Source: Candidatus Saganbacteria bacterium (GTDB lineage: Bacteria; Margulisbacteria; WOR-1; JAKLHX01). From it: DNA of 32,000 nucleotides. The notes under the pieces were generated by a model. That model was not told the DNA's origin. It saw only the letters and a program-made list of their open reading frames with translations, and ran no database searches. The position numbers and the translations under genes are program-made. Of the stretch, positions 12,458-20,107 are shown one piece after another. Numbering within the stretch: position 1 is the stretch's first letter; each line of letters opens with the position of its first letter. The DNA is taken from contig JAPLKZ010000005.1 in NCBI GenBank assembly GCA_026387835.1, positions 243,071 to 275,070 of the forward strand, given 5' to 3'.

Positions 12458-12515
12458 CTAAAAGAATTTGCCGCCAAAGCTCTTGGCGTTTCAATAGAGG
12501 AGTTAATGAAATAGC
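12458..12515 (+). repeat. cassette junction repeat R1 (22-nt core plus XRE-tail remnant)
   Basis: 12458-12479 CTAAAAGAATTTGCCGCCAAAG is identical to the reverse complement of 10025-10046 inside the recombinase gene. The remainder reads ALGVSIEELMK-stop, resembling the tail of the XRE gene. ATG of the next gene is at 12516. Confidence 0.85.
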
Positions 12516-13346
12516 ATGAAAAATAAAACACTCGCAATTTTCGGTATAGGAACGTATATCTTATCTGTCTTGTTGTCTGCTACAGATTCGGGAGGCAATT
12601 CTGTTGCGCCAATTACATTAATCTCAATATCGGGAATAGCAACCGCGGTATTTATCATTATGGCGATAGTCCGCCTCTGGAAGGAAGAAAAAGGCGCATC
12701 AATAACACTTGCATCTTCGGCTATTATTCTTTTTATATTGTCAGTAGTTCAGGGTTTTGCCTCACCTTCGTACGGAAGTCCACTCATCATTATGTTAAAC
12801 ATAACCAAAGTATTTTATTTCATCGCATTTATTTGGACGATAATAGTACTTTATAGAAGTAAAGTAATTAATTCGCACATGATTACCAAAATAGATAATT
12901 ATCACTTAAACCAACCCGTAAATGAAGCGCCGGATTTGAAGGAATACACAGCCGAAGAATATCAAATGTTTGAGATGGCTGGATATAAAAGGATATCTGA
13001 AAATGAAAAAATCTTTAGAGGCGGAATTGTTAAATTCGCTTATATTCCGTGGGGCGAAACAACTATCGGAACTATAGATAATAAAATCTACAAAATATCG
13101 TTACAATTAATCACCCAAAACGAGATCTTAGCAAAAGAAGTGTTTAAAACCACCCTCAATTACTTAATAGAACAAATGGACAAATATAGTGAACATCCAT
13201 TTCTATCTAATAAATATATTTGGGATGCACCTGAGGGGAATATCATTTATGAGCAAATAAATAGATTTAATCAGCATTGCATAAACATTTTTATTACTTC
13301 AAGCTCTATAAGAGATCAAGTGAAGAATTATATTTCAAAACACTAG
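12516..13346 (+). CDS. hypothetical membrane protein (N-terminal multi-TM region, C-terminal soluble domain)
   Basis: The 276-aa ORF has hydrophobic helices in the first 110 aa or so and no recognisable motifs. It starts directly after R1. Confidence 0.6.
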   Translation: MKNKTLAIFGIGTYILSVLLSATDSGGNSVAPITLISISGIATAVFIIMAIVRLWKEEKGASITLASSAIILFILSVVQGFASPSYGSPLIIMLNITKVFYFIAFIWTIIVLYRSKVINSHMITKIDNYHLNQPVNEAPDLKEYTAEEYQMFEMAGYKRISENEKIFRGGIVKFAYIPWGETTIGTIDNKIYKISLQLITQNEILAKEVFKTTLNYLIEQMDKYSEHPFLSNKYIWDAPEGNIIYEQINRFNQHCINIFITSSSIRDQVKNYISKH

Positions 13347-13357
13347 GGGGAAAATAT

Positions 13358-13885
13358 ATGATTATTAAAGTTATTGTTGAAATCATTTTAGGATTTATTT
13401 TGTTGGGAGTTAGTTCTGCTTTTTGGAATTGTGTTAAATCTCCGAAATTCTTAGCGAATGTGCTGGGTGATTATGACGAATTAAAAAGGTTTTTCCATCA
13501 TCTAGGGAAAGAAAATATTAAACACGAAAGTGAAGTTGTTGATCCGAAAATTGGATTTTCGGCAAATATCGTTTTATGGATTAAAGCGAGCCTATCGGCG
13601 CTGGACAAAACACGCAACATGTTGCTGGTTGTAATAATAGGAATCTTTATCGGAAGTTATTTTCTAGGAAATATTTTCCTCTTAATCAATGCTGTTTTAT
13701 TCTTTATAATGGCTTTCCCAAGCATTTCTGCTGCTGCTAAAAATAATATAATTACTGATATTCATACGATAATGCTTAATGTCTACAAATGGAACAAAGT
13801 AAATCATGCTGAATGTGAGAGGTTTTGTAACTTAGAGCAGCCAAGGATTATGAAAAATATTTATAGAGTAGTAACTGAAGAATAA
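13358..13885 (+). CDS. hypothetical membrane protein (175 aa)
   Basis: ATG 13358 is preceded by the RBS AGGGGG. Several hydrophobic helices are present. The ORF-track start at 13277 overlaps the previous gene and is unlikely to be real. Confidence 0.55.
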   Translation: MIIKVIVEIILGFILLGVSSAFWNCVKSPKFLANVLGDYDELKRFFHHLGKENIKHESEVVDPKIGFSANIVLWIKASLSALDKTRNMLLVVIIGIFIGSYFLGNIFLLINAVLFFIMAFPSISAAAKNNIITDIHTIMLNVYKWNKVNHAECERFCNLEQPRIMKNIYRVVTEE

Positions 13886-13942
13886 AAGGATTTGCCGCCA
13901 AAGCGTAGGGCGTTTCAATTGGAGATTTAATAAAATAAATTT
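13882..13942 (+). repeat. cassette junction repeat R2 (core plus decayed XRE-tail remnant)
   Basis: ATAAAAGGATTTGCCGCCAAAG has two mismatches to the core. It is followed by a tail reading A-stop-GVSIGDLIK-stop. I align it with R1 at roughly 80% identity by eye. The TAA of the upstream gene lies inside the core. ATG of the next gene is at 13943. Confidence 0.8.
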
Positions 13943-14926
13943 ATGTCATTATTTAAGAAAAAATTAACCGAGCAAGAAGCCGCCTCTCATTTTGTCCTTT
14001 ATATTACAAAAGAGGCACAAAGTGCATGGCCTGCCATTTATAAAAGTCTTCAAGATTCTTTTAAAGATAAATTTGTTGTAGAAGACGAAACAATGGCAGC
14101 ATTTGATTTGGCTCTTGCCGCAATCGCCCAAGATTTACAGGCGGTAAATAATTTATTTCCAAAAGACCAAGCAGAAAGAATTGAAAAATGGGTTTTAAAA
14201 TGCATTAATACTGAAGATTGGGGCGAATATGCGGTTGGCGAAGTGAAAAAATATGGGGAAAGATTTCAAAAGGATATTCAAAATATCAATGCCGGTGGCG
14301 ATCCTTTGAGCGCCATCCCAACTCGCTTACTCCAGCAATGGCTAGGAAAAAATATTCAAGGCTTTGATGTAGAAATGAACGGAAAGAAAACCGGAATTAT
14401 AAGCCCCTTTCTTCTTATGATGGTTTCCAGTATGCTTGCCGCCTTTCTTGGAACTTGGAAAAAACTAAAGGATGATTTTAATCTTGTTGAGGGCGACATA
14501 CCTTTTGATGAAAAACCAAGTGGCTTGAAAGATTATGTACCCGAGCCGGATGAAAAAAAGCCTAACGGAACTATTCAATATTATGATGAAAACGGGAACC
14601 TAAAAGAGAAATGGTTGCCACCGGAACAAATAAATGAACTTTTAAAGAAAGACGGCGCAAAGCGACTTTATAAAGTACTCGTTAAGGGACATTGGGACGG
14701 TGTTAAGGAAGCCCTTTGGGAACTTTCTGATGATACTGCTCAAAAATATGTTGATGAAAATGGTTATGCTTATGCAATTTGCACTTACGACACAGGAGAA
14801 TTAAAATATTACTTTATTTCAAGAAGATTATGGGAGAAACAAGAGCAAATGGGAAAAATCTTGATGGATCAAAATTTATCACCGGAACAACAGCAAGAAG
14901 CAGTTAGAAAATTAATGGATGACTAA
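13943..14926 (+). CDS. hypothetical protein (327 aa)
   Basis: This is a long ORF with an ATG start directly after R2. It has no recognisable domain. Its TAA stop lies inside the R3 core. Confidence 0.6.
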   Translation: MSLFKKKLTEQEAASHFVLYITKEAQSAWPAIYKSLQDSFKDKFVVEDETMAAFDLALAAIAQDLQAVNNLFPKDQAERIEKWVLKCINTEDWGEYAVGEVKKYGERFQKDIQNINAGGDPLSAIPTRLLQQWLGKNIQGFDVEMNGKKTGIISPFLLMMVSSMLAAFLGTWKKLKDDFNLVEGDIPFDEKPSGLKDYVPEPDEKKPNGTIQYYDENGNLKEKWLPPEQINELLKKDGAKRLYKVLVKGHWDGVKEALWELSDDTAQKYVDENGYAYAICTYDTGELKYYFISRRLWEKQEQMGKILMDQNLSPEQQQEAVRKLMDD

Positions 14927-14957
14927 AATTTCCGCCAAAGAAAAACTTGAAATCGTC
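14923..14957 (+). repeat. junction repeat R3 (fragment of recombinase codons 28-40, plus orientation)
   Basis: CTAAAATTTCCGCCAAAGAAAAACTTGAAATCGTC matches the reverse complement of 10008-10046 apart from two small deletions (4 nt in total). It abuts IR-B right. Confidence 0.8.
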
Positions 14958-15069
14958 CAATCCGAAAAGGTCGCCCAGCAGCGGGAACGGGGCGGCGGTT
15001 GGATGGCGGCAACCGCCGCCCTAAGGATCGGCGGTCAGCTCGGTTCTGATATTTTTATATAGTTCCCGA
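14958..15069. repeat. IR-B right copy (112-nt inverted repeat; right terminus of the element)
   Basis: It matches the reverse complement of 10284-10395 at 110 of 112 positions and ends in CCGA at 15066-15069. Confidence 0.92.
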
Positions 15070-15070
15070 A

Positions 15071-16219
15071 TTATTTCTTCCGCAGCACCCACATCATCTC
15101 TTTCACTCTTATATTCCTGTTCCTAAGGTTCCTTGACCCTCGGTAAGTATTATATTCGCTTGACATAAGCTTCCATTTTCCGTGTTTGGACAGGATGGAC
15201 TTGAAAGTCTTAACGGGGATTATCCCTTCATCATTGTAAGAGATAACGATGAATTTAGCTCTGGTGTTTTTCAGAAGTTGGTCCATTGCCTCTTCGGCAA
15301 GATGCCTTTTGTTATAAACGGACTTGTTCCAATCCCGCGTGATCCCGCTGACGCCGTCCTGGATATAAAAGTTTTTATAGTCATTTATAAGGTTCAGCAT
15401 GAAATAGTTTGACCCGTAAGGATGCTGGTTATAGGGCGGGTCAAGATAGACAAGATCGAACTCCGGAAGATTTGTGTCTTTAACAAGCCGATTAATATCT
15501 TTTTTTAGTACAACGACCTTACACTCGATATCAGAGAATACCGGCACTTCAAGGGTTATTTCCTTTTTTATCCTTGAGAGGGCATTCTCGCCTTTGCCTC
15601 CGAAATGGCCGATGCCGTTCTTCTTGTGGAACCCTTTGAAGACGCCGGAAGTGTTCGTGTGTATAGATGCTTCCACCAGAAGCGATGCAAGACAGAAGAC
15701 GCGGTATTTTTCGGGAACGTCTTTGTCGATGAGTTTCCTAATATTATCGATGACCTGAGCGTTCTTGCTCGTATAAAAAACCCGCTCTCCGGATTTAATA
15801 TCCATATCATCCTTTGGCGAATAATTGAGGCTGATGAAACCTGGCTTATTTATGGATAATTTACGATCATTTAGAATGTCTATGTAATATTCAAGCTTTT
15901 TAACATTTATCTCTGATCTGTTTGCAAGATAACATCTGTTTAGCGTAAAACTGTAATTCTCAAGGTCATTGGCATACAGGACCTTTGCGTAATATTTCAA
16001 AAGCCTCGAAACTGAGCCGCTTCCCGCGAAACCGTCAAGGATAACAAGTTTTTCTTTGTTAAGTATTTTCTTAACTTTAGCAAACCCCTTATTAAGAAAG
16101 GAAAGGAGCGACCTTTTATTGCCGAGATAAGTTATCAGCTGAGAAGAAAAATATGGGGCATCTAAGTCAAGGTATTCCGGGGCATTGCCGGAAAATAAAG
16201 ATCGTTGTATGTGTGCCAT
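15071..16219 (-). CDS. N6-adenine DNA methyltransferase, alpha group (D12/Dam-like class)
   Basis: It has a YLGNKR-type N-terminal motif, motif I DGFAGSGS, a long intervening region, then motif IV DPPY (VYLDPPYN). It is 382 aa. Its stop codon lies 1 nt from the right end of the element. Confidence 0.9.
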   Translation of the reverse strand: MAHIQRSLFSGNAPEYLDLDAPYFSSQLITYLGNKRSLLSFLNKGFAKVKKILNKEKLVILDGFAGSGSVSRLLKYYAKVLYANDLENYSFTLNRCYLANRSEINVKKLEYYIDILNDRKLSINKPGFISLNYSPKDDMDIKSGERVFYTSKNAQVIDNIRKLIDKDVPEKYRVFCLASLLVEASIHTNTSGVFKGFHKKNGIGHFGGKGENALSRIKKEITLEVPVFSDIECKVVVLKKDINRLVKDTNLPEFDLVYLDPPYNQHPYGSNYFMLNLINDYKNFYIQDGVSGITRDWNKSVYNKRHLAEEAMDQLLKNTRAKFIVISYNDEGIIPVKTFKSILSKHGKWKLMSSEYNTYRGSRNLRNRNIRVKEMMWVLRKK

Positions 16220-16308
16220 TAACTATGGGGTAATTTTAACATATAAATCTTTAACTGAAAAATACTTGCCATTTTTCCGATATATGTTATTATAATGCCA
16301 AATAATCA

Positions 16309-16794
16309 ATGAGAAAGATCTCCAAAACAAAAGCAATTGCATTTGTAATTTTGTGTTATCTGCTGGCTTTGCCGGCATTATCTGTCCCTGTATTTTTAGA
16401 CGCCGGATTGAACGCGGGGAACTCCTCAGACGGCTCTATATCCGGCAAGAAGAATGCATGGTCCAGCAAATCGGGAAAAGATATGGTGTTCTGGATAAAG
16501 GTCCAGCCCGGATCCGATCTTGAAGAAGGTGAAATCAGATATCAGTTCATGCTTGACATGACGGCTCCCGATAAAGAAATGGTTCTTTCAGAAGGCCCTT
16601 ATAATTTCGATAACGGCGGGGAAGGCAGGATATTCAAGAATACCTGGTATTTTGCGAACGCCAGGACGATCAATTTTCCGACGCCCGAAGTGTACGGTAC
16701 CTGGGAGGTCGGCTTCAGTCTGCGGAACAAAAACACCGGAGAAGTGATAAAGGCAAAGACATTCAACTTCGAGTTCATCGACTCGACAAAGTAA
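16309..16794 (+). CDS. secreted hypothetical protein (paralog of 16814..17581)
   Basis: It has an N-terminal signal-like hydrophobic segment. It shares a pattern with the next gene: W...MVFW.K..P.SD......RY...........M.EGP..FD..G...IFK.T.YF.NA.T...P....G.W...F......E...AKT.NFE. Confidence 0.65.
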   Translation: MRKISKTKAIAFVILCYLLALPALSVPVFLDAGLNAGNSSDGSISGKKNAWSSKSGKDMVFWIKVQPGSDLEEGEIRYQFMLDMTAPDKEMVLSEGPYNFDNGGEGRIFKNTWYFANARTINFPTPEVYGTWEVGFSLRNKNTGEVIKAKTFNFEFIDSTK

Positions 16795-16813
16795 AAGAAA
16801 AGGAGAAAAAGGA

Positions 16814-17581
16814 ATGAAGAAGACAGTGCTTGCGGCGGCGGTACTTATTATGACGGCGGCATGTGTTTTTGCCGCGCCGGAGTTGAAGGACCTGGGGGTG
16901 AGCGCGGGGAGTTTTACGGAGAACAAAGTACTGGAAACGAAGACAGTGTGGATGTCCCAGCCTGAACAGTGGATGGTGTTCTGGGGCAAGATCGAGCCGA
17001 AATCGGATTATGACGGTGATTCCCCGAGATATTACGGCAAGATAGAGTTCATTTCTCCGGACAACACGCTCAAGATGACGGAAGGGCCGATCGCTTTTGA
17101 CCCTGACGGGACCGCAAAAATATTTAAGACAACATCATATTTTATAAATGCAAAAACGCCTGAGGTGCCGAAGCCTTTTGTATTCGGAAGGTGGACAGCG
17201 AATTTCTACATGTTTGACGAGAGGAATTCAGAGACGGTCCTTGCAAAGACCGCAAATTTCGAACTGATGGAGATGAGGCCAGTAGCCCCGGCAGTCACTA
17301 CGCCGGAAGCCGTTTCACCGAAGCCCAGCACTACGGTCGTACCAGTTACACCTGGCATAATGGCGACAGTAGAACCGTCGGCTGTAGGGACCTTTCCGAC
17401 GCCTGAGGTGAAGTCTGGAGCGGACAAGGCAAATGAAGAAGAAGTAAAAAAGTTAAAAGCCGAGCTTGACGAAATAAAAAAGCTGCTCGAAAAAAAGAAC
17501 GAAAGACCGGCAAGAAAAGCAAGGCCAAAGCCGGCGCAAAAAAAAGCCCCTGTAATACAAAAGACAAAAAGCACGATCTGA
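16814..17581 (+). CDS. secreted hypothetical protein with Pro/Thr-rich linker and Lys-rich coiled C-terminus (paralog of 16309..16794)
   Basis: It has the signal peptide MKKTVLAAAVLIMTAACVFA and the same core domain as the preceding gene. Next come PVAPAVTTPEAVSPKPSTTVVPVTP and EEVKKLKAELDEIKKLLEKK, then a basic tail. Confidence 0.7.
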   Translation: MKKTVLAAAVLIMTAACVFAAPELKDLGVSAGSFTENKVLETKTVWMSQPEQWMVFWGKIEPKSDYDGDSPRYYGKIEFISPDNTLKMTEGPIAFDPDGTAKIFKTTSYFINAKTPEVPKPFVFGRWTANFYMFDERNSETVLAKTANFELMEMRPVAPAVTTPEAVSPKPSTTVVPVTPGIMATVEPSAVGTFPTPEVKSGADKANEEEVKKLKAELDEIKKLLEKKNERPARKARPKPAQKKAPVIQKTKSTI

Positions 17582-17638
17582 ATAAAACCGCCGTCTTTAA
17601 TTGCACGCCAAACGATTTTTTGTTAGCATAAGATTGAT

Positions 17639-19108
17639 ATGCAGATAAACCTCGCCGGATACAATATCGATGCTGAAGTTCTGGAAGAGCTGAAAAAAGG
17701 GCCCGTCCAAAGGCAGGATGTCACGCCCGAGACGATCTCGGCCGCTTACGCGAGGATCAGCCGCGATCCGAGGCCGATCGACGAACTGCGCAAAGCCGCA
17801 AGGCAGGAGGTTGAAAAGGCCAGGAAGTCGAACAGCAGCATCATATTCAAAATGGGACATCACTCTGTGGCCGAGCACGCCGTATTCAATTTTGATCTGA
17901 TCGCCATATCGCGCCTCGCCGTGGAACACCTGGAGCATTTCAGGCTCTGTTCCTTCACGGAAAAATCCCAGAGATATATAACCCTTGAAGATGATTTTGT
18001 GGTCCCGGAAGAAATAAAAGGTTCAAAAGCTGAAGGGATCTTTGTTTCAACGATAAAGGAACAGAACAGGCTGTACCACCGGCTGAACGAAAAATTGCAG
18101 GCCTATGTCCTGAAGAAACACGCTGTCCTGGCAAAGGACCCGAAGAACGGAGTCCTTCTTGAAGGCTGGGCCAAAGAGGACGCGAGGTACGTGACAGCTC
18201 TTGCGACACAGGCGCAGCTGGGCCTCACGGTGAACGCCAGGAACCTTGAGCTCATGTTCAGGCGTTTCGCGTCGCAGCCCCTCTCAGAGATAAAAGAAAT
18301 ATCGAAAAAGATGTACGGGCTTGCGGCAAAGATAGCGCCTTCCATTATCTTATTTACGGAAGCGAATGAATTTGACGCAAAAACTTACCAGGAAATTAAA
18401 TCCAAAATAAATTCAAAAATCAAAATTCATCATTCAAAACAACCTGAAGTCAGGTTGATCGATCATACGAAAGATGCCGATGATGTTTTGGTGGCGAGCC
18501 TGATGTTCGCAGTGAGCGGAGAGGATTTTGAAAGCTGCGAAAAGAAGGTCAAAAAAATGTCCTTGGCAGAAAAAGAGCTTATTGTTAAAACCTCCGGCAA
18601 ATACATGCAGTTCTATGATACGGTACTCCGCGAGTTCGAGAACATCGATGTGACATTTGAAGTAATGCTGTCATCATCCTGTTTTGCGCAGCTTAAACGG
18701 CACAGGATGGCGACGATAATAACACAGCCGTATGATATCTCTCTCGGTGTGACAGTGCCGCCGTCGATAGACGAAATCGGCATGAAAAAAGCCTTTATGG
18801 AGATCATTGCAAGAACGGAAAAAGCTTATGAGATCGTCATGAAGACAAACTCTGCCGCAGCTCCTTACGTATTGACGAATGCTCACAGGAGAAGGGTCCT
18901 GTTCAAATGCAATGCCAGGGAACTGTATCATCTGTCCAGGCTTCGGGAGGACAGCCACGCGCAGTGGGACATCTGCAATATCTCAAGGATAATGAGCGAA
19001 GAAACTAAAAAGGTCATGCCTTTTGCGATGATGTTCATCGGGGGGAAGGACGGATATCCCGGGATCTATAAAAAGATATTTGGTGAATATCCGAAGGTGA
19101 TGGGGTGA
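17639..19108 (+). CDS. thyX: FAD-dependent thymidylate synthase ThyX, tandem two-domain form
   Basis: Domain 1 has HHSVAEHAVFNF...SR and EHFRLCSFTEKSQRY (SQRY is kept; RHR is degenerate). Domain 2 has QLKRHRMATIITQPY (RHR is kept; SQRY is degenerate) and the typical C-terminal NARELYHLSRLR....AQW. At 489 aa it is about twice the usual ThyX length. Confidence 0.88.
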   Translation: MQINLAGYNIDAEVLEELKKGPVQRQDVTPETISAAYARISRDPRPIDELRKAARQEVEKARKSNSSIIFKMGHHSVAEHAVFNFDLIAISRLAVEHLEHFRLCSFTEKSQRYITLEDDFVVPEEIKGSKAEGIFVSTIKEQNRLYHRLNEKLQAYVLKKHAVLAKDPKNGVLLEGWAKEDARYVTALATQAQLGLTVNARNLELMFRRFASQPLSEIKEISKKMYGLAAKIAPSIILFTEANEFDAKTYQEIKSKINSKIKIHHSKQPEVRLIDHTKDADDVLVASLMFAVSGEDFESCEKKVKKMSLAEKELIVKTSGKYMQFYDTVLREFENIDVTFEVMLSSSCFAQLKRHRMATIITQPYDISLGVTVPPSIDEIGMKKAFMEIIARTEKAYEIVMKTNSAAAPYVLTNAHRRRVLFKCNARELYHLSRLREDSHAQWDICNISRIMSEETKKVMPFAMMFIGGKDGYPGIYKKIFGEYPKVMG

Positions 19109-19122
19109 GGGCAGGGAAAAAC

Positions 19123-19986
19123 ATGCTTAAAAGAATTTTGCTGTTAATTTTAGCGGGAGCTCTTATTTTTCAACCATCATTTGCCGCCGGCAGGTTCTCC
19201 GGCCTTGAAGGCAAGTTGAGGTCTATCGCATATAAGAACTACGGCAGGCAGGTGTTCCGCGGATACTTGATCGGTGTATCGTTCATCGATGTCAATACAA
19301 AAAGGGCCGTCTCGGTGAACGGGAGCAGGCCTTTTCCCGCGGCATCCATAATAAAACTGCCGGTGATGGCATGCTTGTTCTCCATGTCCGACCGTAAGCA
19401 GATAAATTTGGGGGAGCACATCTATTTTTCGGATGAAGACAAGCTTCCCGGTGCCGGGATACTGCGGTGGCTGCAGCCGAACAGGTATACGCTATGGAAT
19501 TACTGCAGGATGATGATATCTCTTTCCGATAATACGGCGACAAGGATCATCATAGGAAGGATAGGCAGAAAAGCCGTGAACAGGTACTGCAGGAAGACAG
19601 GACTTTATAAGACCTATTTGTTGAATGCGAATCCTCTCACTGAACCTCCGGACAGGACGGTTAACATCACGACCCCTAATGATATCGCAAAATTGCTGCT
19701 GAGGATACAGAAAGGGGCGGGCTTTACTTCTTCGTCGAGAAAGGACATGCTTTCGTTCATGTTCAGCCAGAAGTACAGGTTCGGCATTCCGTTCGTTTTG
19801 CCAAAGGGCTTTAAATGCGCCAACAAGACCGGCAATATTTCTAACGTCCTCCATGACTGCGCTGTCGTGTACGCCCCGCGCGGCAAATATGTCCTCTGCG
19901 TTTTTACGAAAGGTTTCAGGCATGACCGGAGCGCGAGGGTGGTGATAAACAAGGTCTCGGCAGCCGTGGCGGGTTATTATAAATAA
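19123..19986 (+). CDS. class A beta-lactamase-like serine hydrolase (secreted)
   Basis: It has a signal peptide, SxxK (ASIIK), SDN (SLSDNTAT) and KTG (NKTGN) motifs in the canonical order. GTG 19105 is an alternative start. Confidence 0.85.
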   Translation: MLKRILLLILAGALIFQPSFAAGRFSGLEGKLRSIAYKNYGRQVFRGYLIGVSFIDVNTKRAVSVNGSRPFPAASIIKLPVMACLFSMSDRKQINLGEHIYFSDEDKLPGAGILRWLQPNRYTLWNYCRMMISLSDNTATRIIIGRIGRKAVNRYCRKTGLYKTYLLNANPLTEPPDRTVNITTPNDIAKLLLRIQKGAGFTSSSRKDMLSFMFSQKYRFGIPFVLPKGFKCANKTGNISNVLHDCAVVYAPRGKYVLCVFTKGFRHDRSARVVINKVSAAVAGYYK

Positions 19987-20107
19987 AATAAGTTATAATT
20001 ATTATATGAGATTAAAGATCATCCCGATATCTTTGGTGATAGCGGTCACGCTTTTTGCTGGGTTATTACAACTTTAAAAAAGCGTCAAAAAAGATTTTCC
20101 CGTCACA

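Larger units (their letters stand above)
8688..15069. mobile_element. integrated element at the 3' end of tRNA-Ser(GGA) carrying a large serine recombinase and a cargo cassette array
   Basis: The cargo is visibly AT-rich compared with the flanks. The recombinase gene abuts the tRNA. CCGA is present at both termini (8688-8691 and 15066-15069). The terminal sequences are the two halves of an inverted copy of the internal block 10220-10395. Confidence 0.65.

Noticed and set aside
12458-14957. The R1/R2/R3 repeats considered as a CRISPR array.
   Set aside because: The repeats are 1-1.4 kb apart and separated by full-length genes. They are not short regular spacers, and no cas genes are present.
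10788-16219. The HNH nuclease plus the adenine methyltransferase as one type II R-M system.
   Set aside because: They are about 3.6 kb apart, on opposite strands and on opposite sides of the inferred element boundary. Linkage is not supported by the sequence alone.
20075-20077. The in-frame TAA as evidence for stop-codon reassignment.
   Set aside because: TAA terminates well-conserved genes at their expected ends in this window (gap, pgk, the recombinase). A single case fits a mutation or an error better.
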